From: an uncultured delta proteobacterium
Lineage (GTDB): Bacteria > Desulfobacterota > Binatia > HRBIN30 > BPIQ01
Assembly (NCBI GenBank): GCA_963761335.1
Contig: CAVXGR010000016.1
Coordinates: forward strand, 96,001-160,000
Length of the DNA: 64,000 nucleotides
Direction of reading: 5' to 3'
Of this stretch, positions 1 to 9,851 are shown piece by piece. Position numbers and translations under genes: made by a program. The notes beneath the pieces are model-generated. The model was not told the origin of the DNA, ran no database searches, and worked only from the letters and a program-made list of their open reading frames with translations. How positions within the stretch are numbered: position 1 is the first letter of the stretch; each line of letters starts with the position of its first letter.

Positions 1-95
1 GTGCCGTCGTAGTCGAGAAAGCAGCAGATCCCGGACGCCGCGCCGATGCGGCTCAGGACCTCCCGCTCGCATTCGCGGAGGTGTCGTGCTGCCAT
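1..95 (-). CDS. otsB: 5' fragment of HAD-family phosphatase, probably trehalose-6-phosphate phosphatase (runs off the window)
   Basis: Reverse strand from ATG at 95 reads MAARHLRECEREVLSRIGAASGICCFLDYDGT; FLDYDGT is the OtsB-type HAD motif I. Confidence 0.6.
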   Translation of the reverse strand, partial: MAARHLRECEREVLSRIGAASGICCFLDYDG

Positions 96-267
96 AGCGC
101 CAGCTTCGGCGGTCGACCTTAGAGGTTCTTCCCGCCAGCCGCAACCCGGTGGGAGCGCCGCCGTCCCGGCCGCAAGGGGCCGCAAAAGAGCAGAGGCGGC
201 CGAGCTCGCCGCGCTCCCAGGCCCGGGCGAGATGACAAGCGTCTTCGGCACTGGTATCAACAGGCGA

Positions 268-1845
268 ATGGCAGAAGAGCAAGCGAGCCCGGACGGGACC
301 GCCGCGGCGGTCCCGTCCGCAGGCGGTGCGCCTGCGGAGGAAGGCCGGGCGGCGCGCGAGCTTCGCGAGCTGATGCAGTCGGGCCGCCCCTTGCTGTACA
401 TTCGCTCCGCCGAGGAGCGCCGCATCGGCGATTTGCTGCGCCGCATATCGCAGACAGCCTTCGCGCGGCCGGTGCCGTTGTGGCGCTGGAGCCTCACCGA
501 AGGGCTGCGGCGCGTCGACGAAGCCAACGGCGGCGACGCCCAAGCGCTCGGGGCGCGGCAGGTGCTCGACTGGATCATTGCGCACCAGGAGCCGGGAATC
601 TTCGAGCTGCGCGATTTTCACGAGTTCATGACCGAGAGCGCCGAGATTCGCCGCCGGCTGCGCGACGTCAACGAGCGCTGCCTGGACAGCGGCAAGACCA
701 CCGTGCTGTCGTCGCCGATCGCCGCCATTCCCGACGAGCTGACGCGCGCGATTGCGCTGATCGAGCTGAGCACGCCGGACCTGCCCGAGGTGCTGGAGTT
801 CGTCAGCAACGAGCTCGACGCCATCGCCGCGAGCGGGAGCCCGGTGGAGAAGGGCGATCAGCTGGTGTTCGAGTACGCCCGGGCCCTCCAGGGGCTGACG
901 CTCGACGAGGCGCGTTTCGCGCTACGGCGCGCCCTGGCGCAGGAGGGCCGGCTGGACGCCGGCGCCATGCCGCACCTGCTGCAGGAGAAGCGCATGCTGG
1001 TCAAGAAGACCGGCATGATCGAGTTCATCTCCGACAGCACCGACATCGGCGACATCGGCGGCCTGGAGTACCTCAAGCGCTGGCTGCTCGAGCGGCGCAA
1101 GCTGTTCCACATGCGGGAGAGCGTCGCCGCGGAGATCGTCCCCAAGGGCATCCTGGTCATGGGAATCTCCGGATGCGGCAAGAGCCTCAGCGTCAAGGCG
1201 ATCGCTTCCTACTTCCGCCTGCCGCTCTATCGCATCGACATGATCGAGGTCTTCTCCGGGCGGCACGGGAGCCCCGACGCGGCCTTCGTCGACGCCTGTC
1301 GCACCGTCGAGGCCCTCTCTCCCGCCGTCGTCTGGTTTGACGAGATCGAGATGGGGATCACCGCGCAGACCGGAGAGGCGAGCAATCTCGGTCGGATCTT
1401 CGCGTTCTTTCTCACCTGGATGCAGGAGAAGGCGCGCGGCCTCTTCATCGCCGCCACCGCCAACCGCATCGACCTGCTCCCCGCCGAGTTGATCCGCAAG
1501 GGGCGCTTCGACGAGGTCTTCTTCGTCGACCTGCCCTCCGACGAGGAACGCATGGAGATCTTCCGGATCCACCTGGCACGCCGAGGCATCGAAGCCGACA
1601 AGATCGAGGTCGAGCGCCTGAAACGGTTCACGCGCGGCTGGAGCGGCGCCGAGATCGAGCAGTGCGTCATCTCGGCGCTGACTTCGGCCGGGCTCGAGGA
1701 GCGCGAGCTCTCCACCTCCGACCTGGTCACCGTTGCCACCACCATCGTGCCGCTGTCGCGCACGATGAAAGAGCAGGTGGACCGCATTCGCTCCTGGGCG
1801 CATGAGCGCGCCGCTCGTGCCTCGCCCCGCGAAGTGCAGCGGTGA
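268..1845 (+). CDS. AAA+ ATPase, Ycf46-like
   Basis: Walker A GISGCGKS, Walker B VVWFDEIE, SRH region ATANRIDLLPAELIRKGRFDEVFF; DIGGLEYLKRW and N-terminal degenerate domain as in Ycf46-like proteins; start taken at ATG 268. Confidence 0.85.
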   Translation: MAEEQASPDGTAAAVPSAGGAPAEEGRAARELRELMQSGRPLLYIRSAEERRIGDLLRRISQTAFARPVPLWRWSLTEGLRRVDEANGGDAQALGARQVLDWIIAHQEPGIFELRDFHEFMTESAEIRRRLRDVNERCLDSGKTTVLSSPIAAIPDELTRAIALIELSTPDLPEVLEFVSNELDAIAASGSPVEKGDQLVFEYARALQGLTLDEARFALRRALAQEGRLDAGAMPHLLQEKRMLVKKTGMIEFISDSTDIGDIGGLEYLKRWLLERRKLFHMRESVAAEIVPKGILVMGISGCGKSLSVKAIASYFRLPLYRIDMIEVFSGRHGSPDAAFVDACRTVEALSPAVVWFDEIEMGITAQTGEASNLGRIFAFFLTWMQEKARGLFIAATANRIDLLPAELIRKGRFDEVFFVDLPSDEERMEIFRIHLARRGIEADKIEVERLKRFTRGWSGAEIEQCVISALTSAGLEERELSTSDLVTVATTIVPLSRTMKEQVDRIRSWAHERAARASPREVQR

Positions 1846-1846
1846 A

Positions 1847-1922
1847 GCAGGTTGTTGGTTGTTGGGTTGTTAGCTGTTAGGTCAGACTCAACAACCAACA
1901 ACCCAACAACCTAACAACCTGC
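1847..1922. repeat. Imperfect inverted repeat built from 7-8-nt GGTTGTT(A/G) units, between convergent genes
   Basis: Left arm gcaggttgttggttgttgggttgtt..., right arm ...aacaacccaacaacctaacaacctgc; related copy at 63301-63397. Confidence 0.85.
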
Positions 1923-1926
1923 CTTC

Positions 1927-2325
1927 TCATCCCCACGCCGATCGCAATTCCGATTGCCCGGCCTTTTCGCCGCGCAGCTCCGCGGGGCGGTTCTGGGCGT
2001 CGACGAAGACGGCCCGCGGTGTCCAGCGCTTGGCCTCGGCCTCGCTCATCCAACCGAAGCTGGCGATGATCACCAGGTCGCCGCGGCTCGCCTTGTGCGC
2101 CGCGGCGCCGTTGATGCAGACCACCCCCGAGGCGCGTTGTCCGGCGAGGGCGTACGTGGAGAAGCGCTCGCCGTTGGTGACATTCCAGATGTCGACGTGC
2201 TCGTACGGGTCGATGCCGGCGAGGTCGAGCAGGTCCTGGTCGATGGTGACGCTCCCCTCGTAGTCCAGATCGGCTCCGGTGACCGTGGCTCGGTGAATTT
2301 TGCCGCGCAGCATGTGTCGAAACAT
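1927..2325 (-). CDS. panD: Aspartate 1-decarboxylase
   Basis: [16 protein letters not shown] (Gly-Ser self-cleavage site), [14 protein letters not shown]; follows panB-panC. Confidence 0.96.
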   Translation of the reverse strand: MFRHMLRGKIHRATVTGADLDYEGSVTIDQDLLDLAGIDPYEHVDIWNVTNGERFSTYALAGQRASGVVCINGAAAHKASRGDLVIIASFGWMSEAEAKRWTPRAVFVDAQNRPAELRGEKAGQSELRSAWG

Positions 2326-2326
2326 C

Positions 2327-3241
2327 TCAGCTCTCTCCTTCGTGCTCGTCGGTGATCCCGCCGCCGGTGGGCGCAAGCGCCGGCCGCCGGCCCGGCGCAC
2401 CCTCGAGAATGCAGTTGTCGATCAGCCGCGTGCCGCCGATCCGTGCGGCAACGGCGAGCAGCGTCGGGCCGTCGATGCGCTCGACCTCGCGCAGCGTCTC
2501 CGGCTCGCTCAGCACCAGGTACTCGGTGCGCAGCTTGCTCTCCTCGTTGAGAACGCGGCGGCCTTCGGCGAGCAATCGCAGCCCATCCTGTTCGCCGCGC
2601 GCGACCAGCTGTCGCACCGCCTCCAGGGCGCGGGGAATTGCCAGCGCCGCGCGCCGCTCGCTCGGTCCCAGATAGGCGTTGCGCGAGCTCAGCGCCAGGC
2701 CGTCGGCCTCGCGCGCGGTGGGAACGCCGACCACCTCGATGGCGAAGTCGAGATCGCGCACCATGCGGCGGATGGTGGTCAGCTGTTGGAAGTCCTTTTC
2801 GCCGAACACCGCGACGTCGGGCTCGGTGATGTGGAAGAGCTTGGAGACCACCGTGGCGACGCCGCGGAAGTGCCCCGGGCGCCCCGCGCCGCAGAGCCCC
2901 TGCGTCAGCTGCTCGACCTCGGTGTGGGTCTGGAACCCCGGCGGATACATCTGTGCGGCGTCGGGGACGAACAGCGCATCCGTGCCGGCCTCGGCGGTGA
3001 GACGGCGGTCGCGTTCCAGGTCGCGTGGGTAGGCGTCGAGATCTTCCCCCGGACCGAATTGCGTCGGGTTGACGAAGATCGAGACGATGCAGGCGTCGGT
3101 GCGACGGCGCGCCTCGGCGATCAGGCGCAGGTGGCCGGCGTGCAGGTACCCCATGGTGGGCACCAGGGCGATCCGCTGTTCGCTCCGGCGGCGCCGTCGC
3201 GACCAGTGGCGCATCTCCTCGATGTCGCGGATCAGCTCCAT
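2327..3241 (-). CDS. panC: Pantoate--beta-alanine ligase
   Basis: [50 protein letters not shown]. Confidence 0.97.
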   Translation of the reverse strand: MELIRDIEEMRHWSRRRRRSEQRIALVPTMGYLHAGHLRLIAEARRRTDACIVSIFVNPTQFGPGEDLDAYPRDLERDRRLTAEAGTDALFVPDAAQMYPPGFQTHTEVEQLTQGLCGAGRPGHFRGVATVVSKLFHITEPDVAVFGEKDFQQLTTIRRMVRDLDFAIEVVGVPTAREADGLALSSRNAYLGPSERRAALAIPRALEAVRQLVARGEQDGLRLLAEGRRVLNEESKLRTEYLVLSEPETLREVERIDGPTLLAVAARIGGTRLIDNCILEGAPGRRPALAPTGGGITDEHEGES

Positions 3242-3263
3242 GGTAAAGGACGAGGCGAGCGCG

Positions 3264-4127
3264 CTACTTCCAGCCCCCCGCGGCCTTGCTCTCCTCGGTG
3301 GGGACGCTGACCAGGGAGTGGAACGAATGCGCCTCGTCGGGGAAGGCGCCGCGGCGGACGTCGGCGGTGTAGGCGGCGATAGCGGCCGCCGCCTGCTGGC
3401 GCAGATCGGCGTAGCAGCGGGCGAACTTCGGCCGCGGCCCCTCGCCGAGCCCGAGGACGTCGTGGAGCACCAGAATCTGCCCGTCGCAGTGCGGGCCCGC
3501 GCCGATGCCGATCGTGGGAATGGGCAGCCGCGCGGTGATCTCCGCGGCCAGATCCGCGGGGATGCCCTCGAGGACGACCGCGAAAGCGCCGGCGTCGGCC
3601 ACCGCCTGCGCGTCCTGGATGACGCGCTCGCGCTCGCCGGCGGCGTCGCCGTGCTTGCGCCCCTGCACTCGATGACCGCCCATGCGGTGCACGGACTGCG
3701 GCGTCAGGCCGACGTGGCCGATCACCGGGATGTCGACGCGAGCGATGGCGTGGATGGTCTCCGCCATGTGGATGCCGCCTTCCAGCTTGACGGCATCCAC
3801 CGCCCCCTCCTTCAGGAGGCGCCCCGAGTTGCGCACCGCCTCGACCACGTCGACCTGGTAGCTGAGGAAGGGCAGGTCGCCGACCAGCAGTGCCCGGCGC
3901 CGCGCCCGCGCCACCATGCGGCAGTGATAGATCATCTCCTCGAGGGTCACGGGGAGGGTGGTGTCCATCCCCTGGACCACCATGCCGAGCGAGTCCCCGA
4001 TCAGGATCAGATCGACGCCGGCTTCATCGACCAGGCGGGCGAAGGGGAAATCGTAGGCGGTCAGCGCGACGATCGGCTCGCCGCCTTTGCGCCGCAGAAT
4101 TTCCGGTGCTGTGACTTTGCGCTGCAT
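3264..4127 (-). CDS. panB: 3-methyl-2-oxobutanoate hydroxymethyltransferase
   Basis: LTAYD, LIGDSLGM, VKLEGG, GHVGLTPQ, IGIGAG..CDGQILV. Confidence 0.97.
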   Translation of the reverse strand: MQRKVTAPEILRRKGGEPIVALTAYDFPFARLVDEAGVDLILIGDSLGMVVQGMDTTLPVTLEEMIYHCRMVARARRRALLVGDLPFLSYQVDVVEAVRNSGRLLKEGAVDAVKLEGGIHMAETIHAIARVDIPVIGHVGLTPQSVHRMGGHRVQGRKHGDAAGERERVIQDAQAVADAGAFAVVLEGIPADLAAEITARLPIPTIGIGAGPHCDGQILVLHDVLGLGEGPRPKFARCYADLRQQAAAAIAAYTADVRRGAFPDEAHSFHSLVSVPTEESKAAGGWK

Positions 4128-4271
4128 CTCGGTCCCTCCTCGGGCGAGCCGGGGAGGGAGAGCCTTGCATGCGCAAAGCCGTGTCGAGCGCCGAAGACCG
4201 CCCGGGTGTTGGGAGTCGACCTGGTGTTGGCCGCTCGACCCTTGCGGGCTCCTTCTCGACCTCCGCTGTCC

Positions 4272-4325
4272 CCGTCTCGGTCCTGCTGGCCCCGGTTCGT
4301 GCCGAGGCTATCTGGATCCAAGCGG
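4272..4325 (-). ncRNA. pan RNA motif-like hairpin upstream of panB
   Basis: Minus strand CCG-CUUGG-A-UCC ... GGA-CCGAG-A-CGG forms a stem with two bulged A residues and an inner GCCUCGG/CCGGGGC hairpin; located 5' of panBCD. Confidence 0.75.
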
Positions 4326-4961
4326 TATGTAGTGTTGCACGCCGTGACCCATCTCCCGGATCTTGCGGATCAAGTCGGCCATCTCGTCCGAGTGGGCGAC
4401 GAAGTCGATCTCGGAGCAGTTGACCACCAGGAGGGGGGTCTCGTCGTATTCGAAAAAGTACTCTCTATACGCCTCCGCGACTCTCTGCACGTACTCTGGA
4501 GCAATGCGGCGCTCGTATTCCCGGTCGCGCTTGCGGAGCCGTGCGAGTAAAACATCGTCGCGAGCTTGCAGATACACCACCAGATCGGGTTTCGCAAGCC
4601 TGGCGTCGAGGAGGTGGTAGAGCTGGCGATAGAGGGCCAGCTCGTCGGTGTCGAGGTTGAGCTGCGCGAACACCTGGTCCTTGCCGAAGAGATAATCGGA
4701 GACGGTTCCCGGAGCGAACAGATCCTGCTGCGCCAGCTCCCGCTGCTGCCGGAAGCGGCTCAGGAGGAAGAAGAGCTGCGCCTGAAAGGCGTGCTTGCGG
4801 GGGTCCTCGTAGAACTTGCGCAAGAACGGGTTGTCCTCGACCTGCTCGAGCACCAGGCGGGCGCCGAACTCCTCGGCCAGCAGGCGAGCCAGCGATGTCT
4901 TACCTACACCGATCGGTCCCTCGACGACGATGTAGCGTGCCCGCTTCGCCCCCGCTTCCAT
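4308..4961 (-). CDS. Deoxynucleoside kinase (dAK/dGK family)
   Basis: P-loop VEGPIGVGKTS, NPFLRKFYED, QLFFLLSR, PDLVVYLQA, lid RLRKRDR. Confidence 0.9.
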   Translation of the reverse strand: MEAGAKRARYIVVEGPIGVGKTSLARLLAEEFGARLVLEQVEDNPFLRKFYEDPRKHAFQAQLFFLLSRFRQQRELAQQDLFAPGTVSDYLFGKDQVFAQLNLDTDELALYRQLYHLLDARLAKPDLVVYLQARDDVLLARLRKRDREYERRIAPEYVQRVAEAYREYFFEYDETPLLVVNCSEIDFVAHSDEMADLIRKIREMGHGVQHYIPLGSR

Positions 4962-5042
4962 CCGGAGCCGCTGTTAACACACGGGCGCTCCGCAAGTCCA
5001 TGGGCGCGGGAAGGGCGACCGGCGTCTCGCCGCCGGCGGCGA

Positions 5043-6626
5043 TCATTCACGCAGCAGGGAGCGAAAGACGGCCGTCGTCGCCTCGGCGCTGCCGACCTGC
5101 AGCTCGGCGGCGCAGAAGCGATCCGGGCGGATGACCGCGATGCGGTCGGTGCGGGCTCCGAACCAGGCGGCGAGAGCACCGCTCACATCCTCGACGGCGT
5201 CGCCGCTCGCCTGGACGCCGGCGGGATTGATGCAGACGATGTGGGCGCCGAGCTCCTGCCAGAGGTTCCGCGCCGCCTCGTTCAGCAGCTTCTCCGGGTC
5301 CCGGTCGTAGCCCAACAGGGCAAAGCCCGGTCCGAGAGCTTCGTCCAGGCGTACAGTCGCGCCGGCGGCGGTGCGCACCAGCGGTTGCGCCAGAAACTGA
5401 CCGGCCAGCGGCGGCCCGGAGCCGTCCGCTGCGGGCACGAACAGGCCCGCTTCCAGGCGCGGGACGCGGATGCCGCTCATCAGCGAGCGCTCGAAGGCGC
5501 GGCGGGTGAGTGGTGTCAAATGGACGGCGGCGAAGAAGAGGTCGCGCATGAGCGCGCGCCACCGGCTGGCGGGCTGGATGAAGCCTGCCAGGCGATTGGC
5601 GAGCCGGGTCGCGGCGATCACGTGGTCGCGTCGCTCGACCTCGTAGCTGTCGAGAATTCTCGGGCTCGCCCGGCCCTGGACCACGAGAGCCAGCTTCCAG
5701 GCGAGATTGCGCGCGTCGCGAATTCCGCCGTTCATCCCCTGACCGGCGAAGGGCGGCATCATATGCGCAGCGTCTCCGGCGAGCAGCACGCGGGCAACGC
5801 GGTAGCGCTCGGCGACCAGGGAGTGGAAGGTATAGACGCACTTGCGCTGGATGCGCACCTGTTCGGGGCGGGTGTAGGGCGCGATCAGCGAGCGGATGAG
5901 GGCGTCGTCGAGCAGCTGCTCGTCGGTCTCTCCCGGGAGCAGCATCCATTCCCAGCGGCGCATCTGGTGCTTCTTGCGCAGGGTCATTCCCGGCCGCGCG
6001 GGATCGCAAAAGAAGCGGCACTCGAGGGTATCGGCCAGGTCGGGATCGAAGGTGTCGATCACCAGCCATTTCTGCGGTGCCGTCTGTCCGAGCATGGAGA
6101 TGCCGACGGCCTGGCGAACGCTGGAACGGCCTCCGTCGCAGCCGACGAGGTAATCGGCGCGGAGCTGAAACCGCTCACCCGCTGCGGCTCGGCCGTGGAG
6201 GACGACGCCGTCTGCCGTCTGCGTGAAGCCCTCGACCATGTGGCCGAAGCGCATCTCGATGTGGGCAAAGCGCCGCAGGCCGGCGAGCAGCTGTCGCTCC
6301 AGGATCGGTTGGTCGAAGGAGTTCTGCTGCGCATGCCCGTAGGGGGTCTCGGCGAGATCGACACCGAAGAGCGTGCGGCCGGCGCCGTTCACGTAATCGA
6401 CGTGGAAGCCGAGCAGGATGTCTTCGGCGATGGCGTCGTAGAGCCCGGCGGCTTGCATGGTGCGCAGGGACTCGGCGTCGATGGCGATGGCGCGCGGCTC
6501 TTCGACCGTGCCGGGATTGCGCTCGAGCACGACGGCCGATACGCCGTAGACGCCGAGCAGGTTGGCGAGAGTCATGCCGACCGGTCCGCCACCGACGATG
6601 GCGATCGGTGTGTGCGCCACGCTCAT
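5043..6626 (-). CDS. FAD-dependent aromatic monooxygenase, MhpA-like
   Basis: GGGPVG dinucleotide motif, VGCDGGRS, LAGDAAHMMPPFAGQGMNGGIRDARNLAWKL, C-terminal VIRPDRF. Confidence 0.88.
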   Translation of the reverse strand: MSVAHTPIAIVGGGPVGMTLANLLGVYGVSAVVLERNPGTVEEPRAIAIDAESLRTMQAAGLYDAIAEDILLGFHVDYVNGAGRTLFGVDLAETPYGHAQQNSFDQPILERQLLAGLRRFAHIEMRFGHMVEGFTQTADGVVLHGRAAAGERFQLRADYLVGCDGGRSSVRQAVGISMLGQTAPQKWLVIDTFDPDLADTLECRFFCDPARPGMTLRKKHQMRRWEWMLLPGETDEQLLDDALIRSLIAPYTRPEQVRIQRKCVYTFHSLVAERYRVARVLLAGDAAHMMPPFAGQGMNGGIRDARNLAWKLALVVQGRASPRILDSYEVERRDHVIAATRLANRLAGFIQPASRWRALMRDLFFAAVHLTPLTRRAFERSLMSGIRVPRLEAGLFVPAADGSGPPLAGQFLAQPLVRTAAGATVRLDEALGPGFALLGYDRDPEKLLNEAARNLWQELGAHIVCINPAGVQASGDAVEDVSGALAAWFGARTDRIAVIRPDRFCAAELQVGSAEATTAVFRSLLRE

Positions 6627-6644
6627 GGTCGGGAACCGCCGCAA

Positions 6645-7769
6645 TCAGTCGCGCGGCGGCCTTTTGCCGGGCGCCAGCCATGGCCGCGCCGGCCGCTCGG
6701 CGGCGCGCTTGAGGAGCCGCAGGCGGGTCGCCGAGAGATCGCCCCTGGCGAGGCGCCAGGCAACCGAGAGCAGCGTCCGCGGCGTTGGGCGGGGAGAGAA
6801 ATCGGCGGGCAGATCATCCCCCCACATCCACAGAGTGGCCGGATCGAAGGGGTGATAGGCCGTCGGATGGGCGGCGTCGAAGACGTCGCCGTCGGCGAAA
6901 TGCTCGACCTCGTCGCCGTATGGATCGCGCCAGTAGTCGAAGATCTGGCTGCCGAGGATGTGCCGGCCGATGCCCCAGAGATGCACCCAGCCGCGCTCCT
7001 TGAGGACCTGCTGGCCGATGCCGACGTCGTCGAGATCGATCACTTCGTAGGCGCTGTGCCGATAGGCGGCGGCGATCCCGCCGAAGACGACCACCGTGTG
7101 GTGGTCTGCCGGCCGGCGGCCGCGGTCGCAGCGAAGGAAGGCCAGGTTCGGCGTGCCGTCCTCGAGACATTGAACGTCGCTCGGGATCAACCCGAGATGG
7201 CGCATGTACCAGCGGGCAGTGTCCTCGAAGCGAGGTGTTTCCAGAACCAGATGTCCCAGGCGCACCACGTGGGCCGGCCGCAGCTCGGGGCGCACCGGCA
7301 GGTTCACCCTGTTCTTGCTGTCCGGGGTGTTCTGCGGCGGCGCCTGGTGGCGGCGGGGAAGGGCAGAGAGCTCCTCGACGCCGTGGACGACGTCGACGCG
7401 GAAGCCGTTCGGGTCGGTCAGGGTCACTCCCTCGCCGCCCCCGGGCGCATCCAACGGCCGCACGGGCGAGGCGCCGGGCGCGGCGGAGATGGTCTCCAGA
7501 TCGGCGCGCGAGGCGGCGCGGAAGGCGGCCCCGAGGAAACGAGACGCGGGTCCGCGACGGGCGACGTAGAGGTGATGGGCTGGACCGCTGCCGCGCATGT
7601 AGAGGGTATCGCCGTCGCGGGCGGCGACGGTCATGCCGAAGTCGACGAGGAAGCGCTCCATCAGCTCGAGATCGGGCTTCTCGAACGCCACCCAGGCGAT
7701 GTCGTCGACGCGGATGAGGGGCTCGGGCCGCTCGAGGGGGATGGCGCCGGGGGCGACCTGTGCCGTCAC
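6645..7769 (-). CDS. VOC-superfamily extradiol-type dioxygenase (trihydroxytoluene oxygenase-like)
   Basis: RLGHLVL, DHHT, HSAYEV, WGIGRHILGSQIFDYWRDP, VEHFADGD give the His/His/Glu metal ligands; GTG start after GGAGG overlaps the upstream stop (GTGA). Confidence 0.8.
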   Translation of the reverse strand: MTAQVAPGAIPLERPEPLIRVDDIAWVAFEKPDLELMERFLVDFGMTVAARDGDTLYMRGSGPAHHLYVARRGPASRFLGAAFRAASRADLETISAAPGASPVRPLDAPGGGEGVTLTDPNGFRVDVVHGVEELSALPRRHQAPPQNTPDSKNRVNLPVRPELRPAHVVRLGHLVLETPRFEDTARWYMRHLGLIPSDVQCLEDGTPNLAFLRCDRGRRPADHHTVVVFGGIAAAYRHSAYEVIDLDDVGIGQQVLKERGWVHLWGIGRHILGSQIFDYWRDPYGDEVEHFADGDVFDAAHPTAYHPFDPATLWMWGDDLPADFSPRPTPRTLLSVAWRLARGDLSATRLRLLKRAAERPARPWLAPGKRPPRD

Positions 7770-8740
7770 CGCTTCCTCCTCCGCCGCGGTGCGTTCGAGC
7801 TCGGAGCGCGTCTCGCCTCGAGCCGGGCGATGAGGCTCGAAGTGTCCCAGCGACCGCCGCCCATGGCCTGCACCTCGGCGTAGAGCTGGTCGACCAGGGC
7901 GGCAACCGGCAGGCGGGCACGATTGCGCCGGGCTTCCTCGAGGGCGATCGCCAAATCCTTGCGCATCCAGTCGACGGCAAAGCCGTGATCGAACGCACCG
8001 GCCAGCATGGTGACGGAGCGATTGTCCATCTGCCACGACTGTGCCGCTCCCTTGGAGATCACCTCGACCACGGCGGTGACATCGAGCCCGGCGGCGCGCC
8101 CGAAGTGGAGGCCCTCGGCGAGGCCCTCGATCAGGCCGGCGATGCAGATCTGGTTGACCATCTTGGCGAGCTGTCCGCTGCCGCTCGGCCCCAGCAGCCG
8201 GACAGTGCGGGCGTAACGCGAGATGAAGGGCCGCGCTGCATCGAAGCTCTGCGTCTCGCCGCCAACCATGACGGTCAGCGCGCCGTTGATGGCGCCGGCC
8301 TGGCCGCCGGAGACGGGCGCATCGAGAAAGGCGATGCCCCGCCCGGCCGCCTCGCGGCTCAGCTCGCGGGCCAGGTGCGCCGAGGCGGTGGTGTGGTCGA
8401 CCAGGACGGCGCCGCTTGCCATGGTCGCGAACGCCCCGGCGGGGCCCGCGGTCACCTGGCGGACGTCGTCGTCGTTGCCGACGCAGCAGAACACCAGACG
8501 GCAGTCGCGCGCTGCGGCTGCGGCGCTGGCGGCGGTCGTGCCACCGAACTGGCGCGCCCAGCGCTCCGCCTTGGCGGCGGTGCGGTTGTAGACGCACACC
8601 TGGTAACCGGCGCGGGCGAGATGCCCCGCCATGGGATATCCCATGGTTCCCAGGCCGATGAAGGCGAGCCGTGGCGTCGCCGAACGGCTCCTCGGAGCCC
8701 GGCGCTTGGCGGGGCCCTGCTTGTGTGCGGCGGCAATCAT
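7766..8740 (-). CDS. NAD(P)-dependent beta-hydroxyacid dehydrogenase (3-hydroxyisobutyrate dehydrogenase family)
   Basis: FIGLGTMGYPMA, FLDAPVSGG, catalytic KMVNQ, MRKDL. Confidence 0.9.
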   Translation of the reverse strand: MIAAAHKQGPAKRRAPRSRSATPRLAFIGLGTMGYPMAGHLARAGYQVCVYNRTAAKAERWARQFGGTTAASAAAAARDCRLVFCCVGNDDDVRQVTAGPAGAFATMASGAVLVDHTTASAHLARELSREAAGRGIAFLDAPVSGGQAGAINGALTVMVGGETQSFDAARPFISRYARTVRLLGPSGSGQLAKMVNQICIAGLIEGLAEGLHFGRAAGLDVTAVVEVISKGAAQSWQMDNRSVTMLAGAFDHGFAVDWMRKDLAIALEEARRNRARLPVAALVDQLYAEVQAMGGGRWDTSSLIARLEARRAPSSNAPRRRRKR

Positions 8741-8754
8741 CGGAGCGAGGCAAG

Positions 8755-8782
8755 AAGTTATTCAAATGACCAATTATGTCAA
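8755..8782 (-). promoter_or_regulatory. Putative sigma70 promoter with overlapping TGAC-N7-GTCA palindrome
   Basis: Minus strand TTGACA-16 nt-TAACTT in an AT-rich patch 15 nt before the ATG at 8740; palindrome at 8767-8781. Confidence 0.5.
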
Positions 8783-9059
8783 GCTAATTTATTCAGGTGC
8801 CTTAAGACGGCGGTCAGTGCCGTGTACTCGGCCCGAGCGAGCGACGAGCGGTACTCGACCCAGTGGCGCGGAGCCGTGCCTCGCCGATCGCCGTTCTCGC
8901 GATCGAATCAGTCGCGCTTCAATCAGCCATTAGGACTTTTCCTCGGCTTGGCGGTTGCGCTCCTGACGCGATGCGTTAACGTAACCCCGTCCGCAACTGC
9001 GGGCAGAACTCCGGGAGCGACGGCCCGAAGCCGGGCGCTCCTCGATTCCATCGAACCCG

Positions 9060-9851
9060 ATGCGACCTTGGCCTCATAGCCAGCGCCGCAGCGAGCGAGT
9101 TCCTGGCCGTTGCGGGCGCATCTGCGCTTTGTCGCTGATTGGCTTCGGCCTCTTCAGCGGCTGCTTCGGCCTGCAGCCGGTTCCCCGAGGGCCGAAGGGG
9201 GCTGCCGGAGCCGCGGCGTCATCGATCCTGCTGCGGCCGACAAACATGGTCCGCGTTCTGTTCGACGCCATATCCGGTTGCCGGCCCTCGCTTCCCGAGT
9301 CCGATCGCTGGCGCATCGCTGGGGTGATTCAGTTGGAGAGCGAGCGTTTCGGTTACGATCCGCTGTTCGTCCAAGCCCTGGTTGAAGTGGAGAGCTCCTG
9401 CCTCCCCACGGCACGCAGCGCCCGCGGTGCCCTCGGTCTCATCCAGCTGAGACCGTCCACTGCCAAGGCGGTGGCGGAAGCTGCCGGTGTCGAGTGGCGG
9501 GGAAAGCAGATGCTGACTCGCCCGGTGTTCAACCTGCACCTCGGCCTGCGCTACCTGCGACAGCTGGAGGAGCGATTCAACGATCCCTATCTTGCCGTGG
9601 CTGCCTACAACCTCGGTCCCCAGCGGGTGGCGCAGATGCCGCGGGCTCGTGCTCGCCGCAGCCGCTACGTCCGCAAGGTATTGAATCGCTACGAAGATCT
9701 GCTCGCCGAGCACGCCCCTGCGCTGCGCCACATCGACCCCGTGGGTGCCTCTGAGGAGGCTGCGGGGCACCCGTTGAAGCTTTCCGAGGCGGCTTCGTCT
9801 GAGAAGGAGCAGGCGAAAAGGGGACCGAGCTCGCGCGAACCCGCCGCATAA
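9060..9851 (+). CDS. Lytic transglycosylase (SLT domain), possibly a lipoprotein
   Basis: Catalytic VESS, GALGLIQL, AVAAYNLGP, YVRKV; hydrophobic stretch ending FSGC. Confidence 0.88.
   Translation: MRPWPHSQRRSERVPGRCGRICALSLIGFGLFSGCFGLQPVPRGPKGAAGAAASSILLRPTNMVRVLFDAISGCRPSLPESDRWRIAGVIQLESERFGYDPLFVQALVEVESSCLPTARSARGALGLIQLRPSTAKAVAEAAGVEWRGKQMLTRPVFNLHLGLRYLRQLEERFNDPYLAVAAYNLGPQRVAQMPRARARRSRYVRKVLNRYEDLLAEHAPALRHIDPVGASEEAAGHPLKLSEAASSEKEQAKRGPSSREPAA

Noticed and set aside
4566..7883. 1105-aa plus-strand ORF
   Set aside because: Antisense shadow of the kinase, monooxygenase and dioxygenase genes; no motifs, and expected in high-GC DNA
6645..8765. 706-aa ORF as a single fusion protein
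   Set aside because: Its first half overlaps the dehydrogenase in another frame; the real gene starts at GTG 7769 with an RBS
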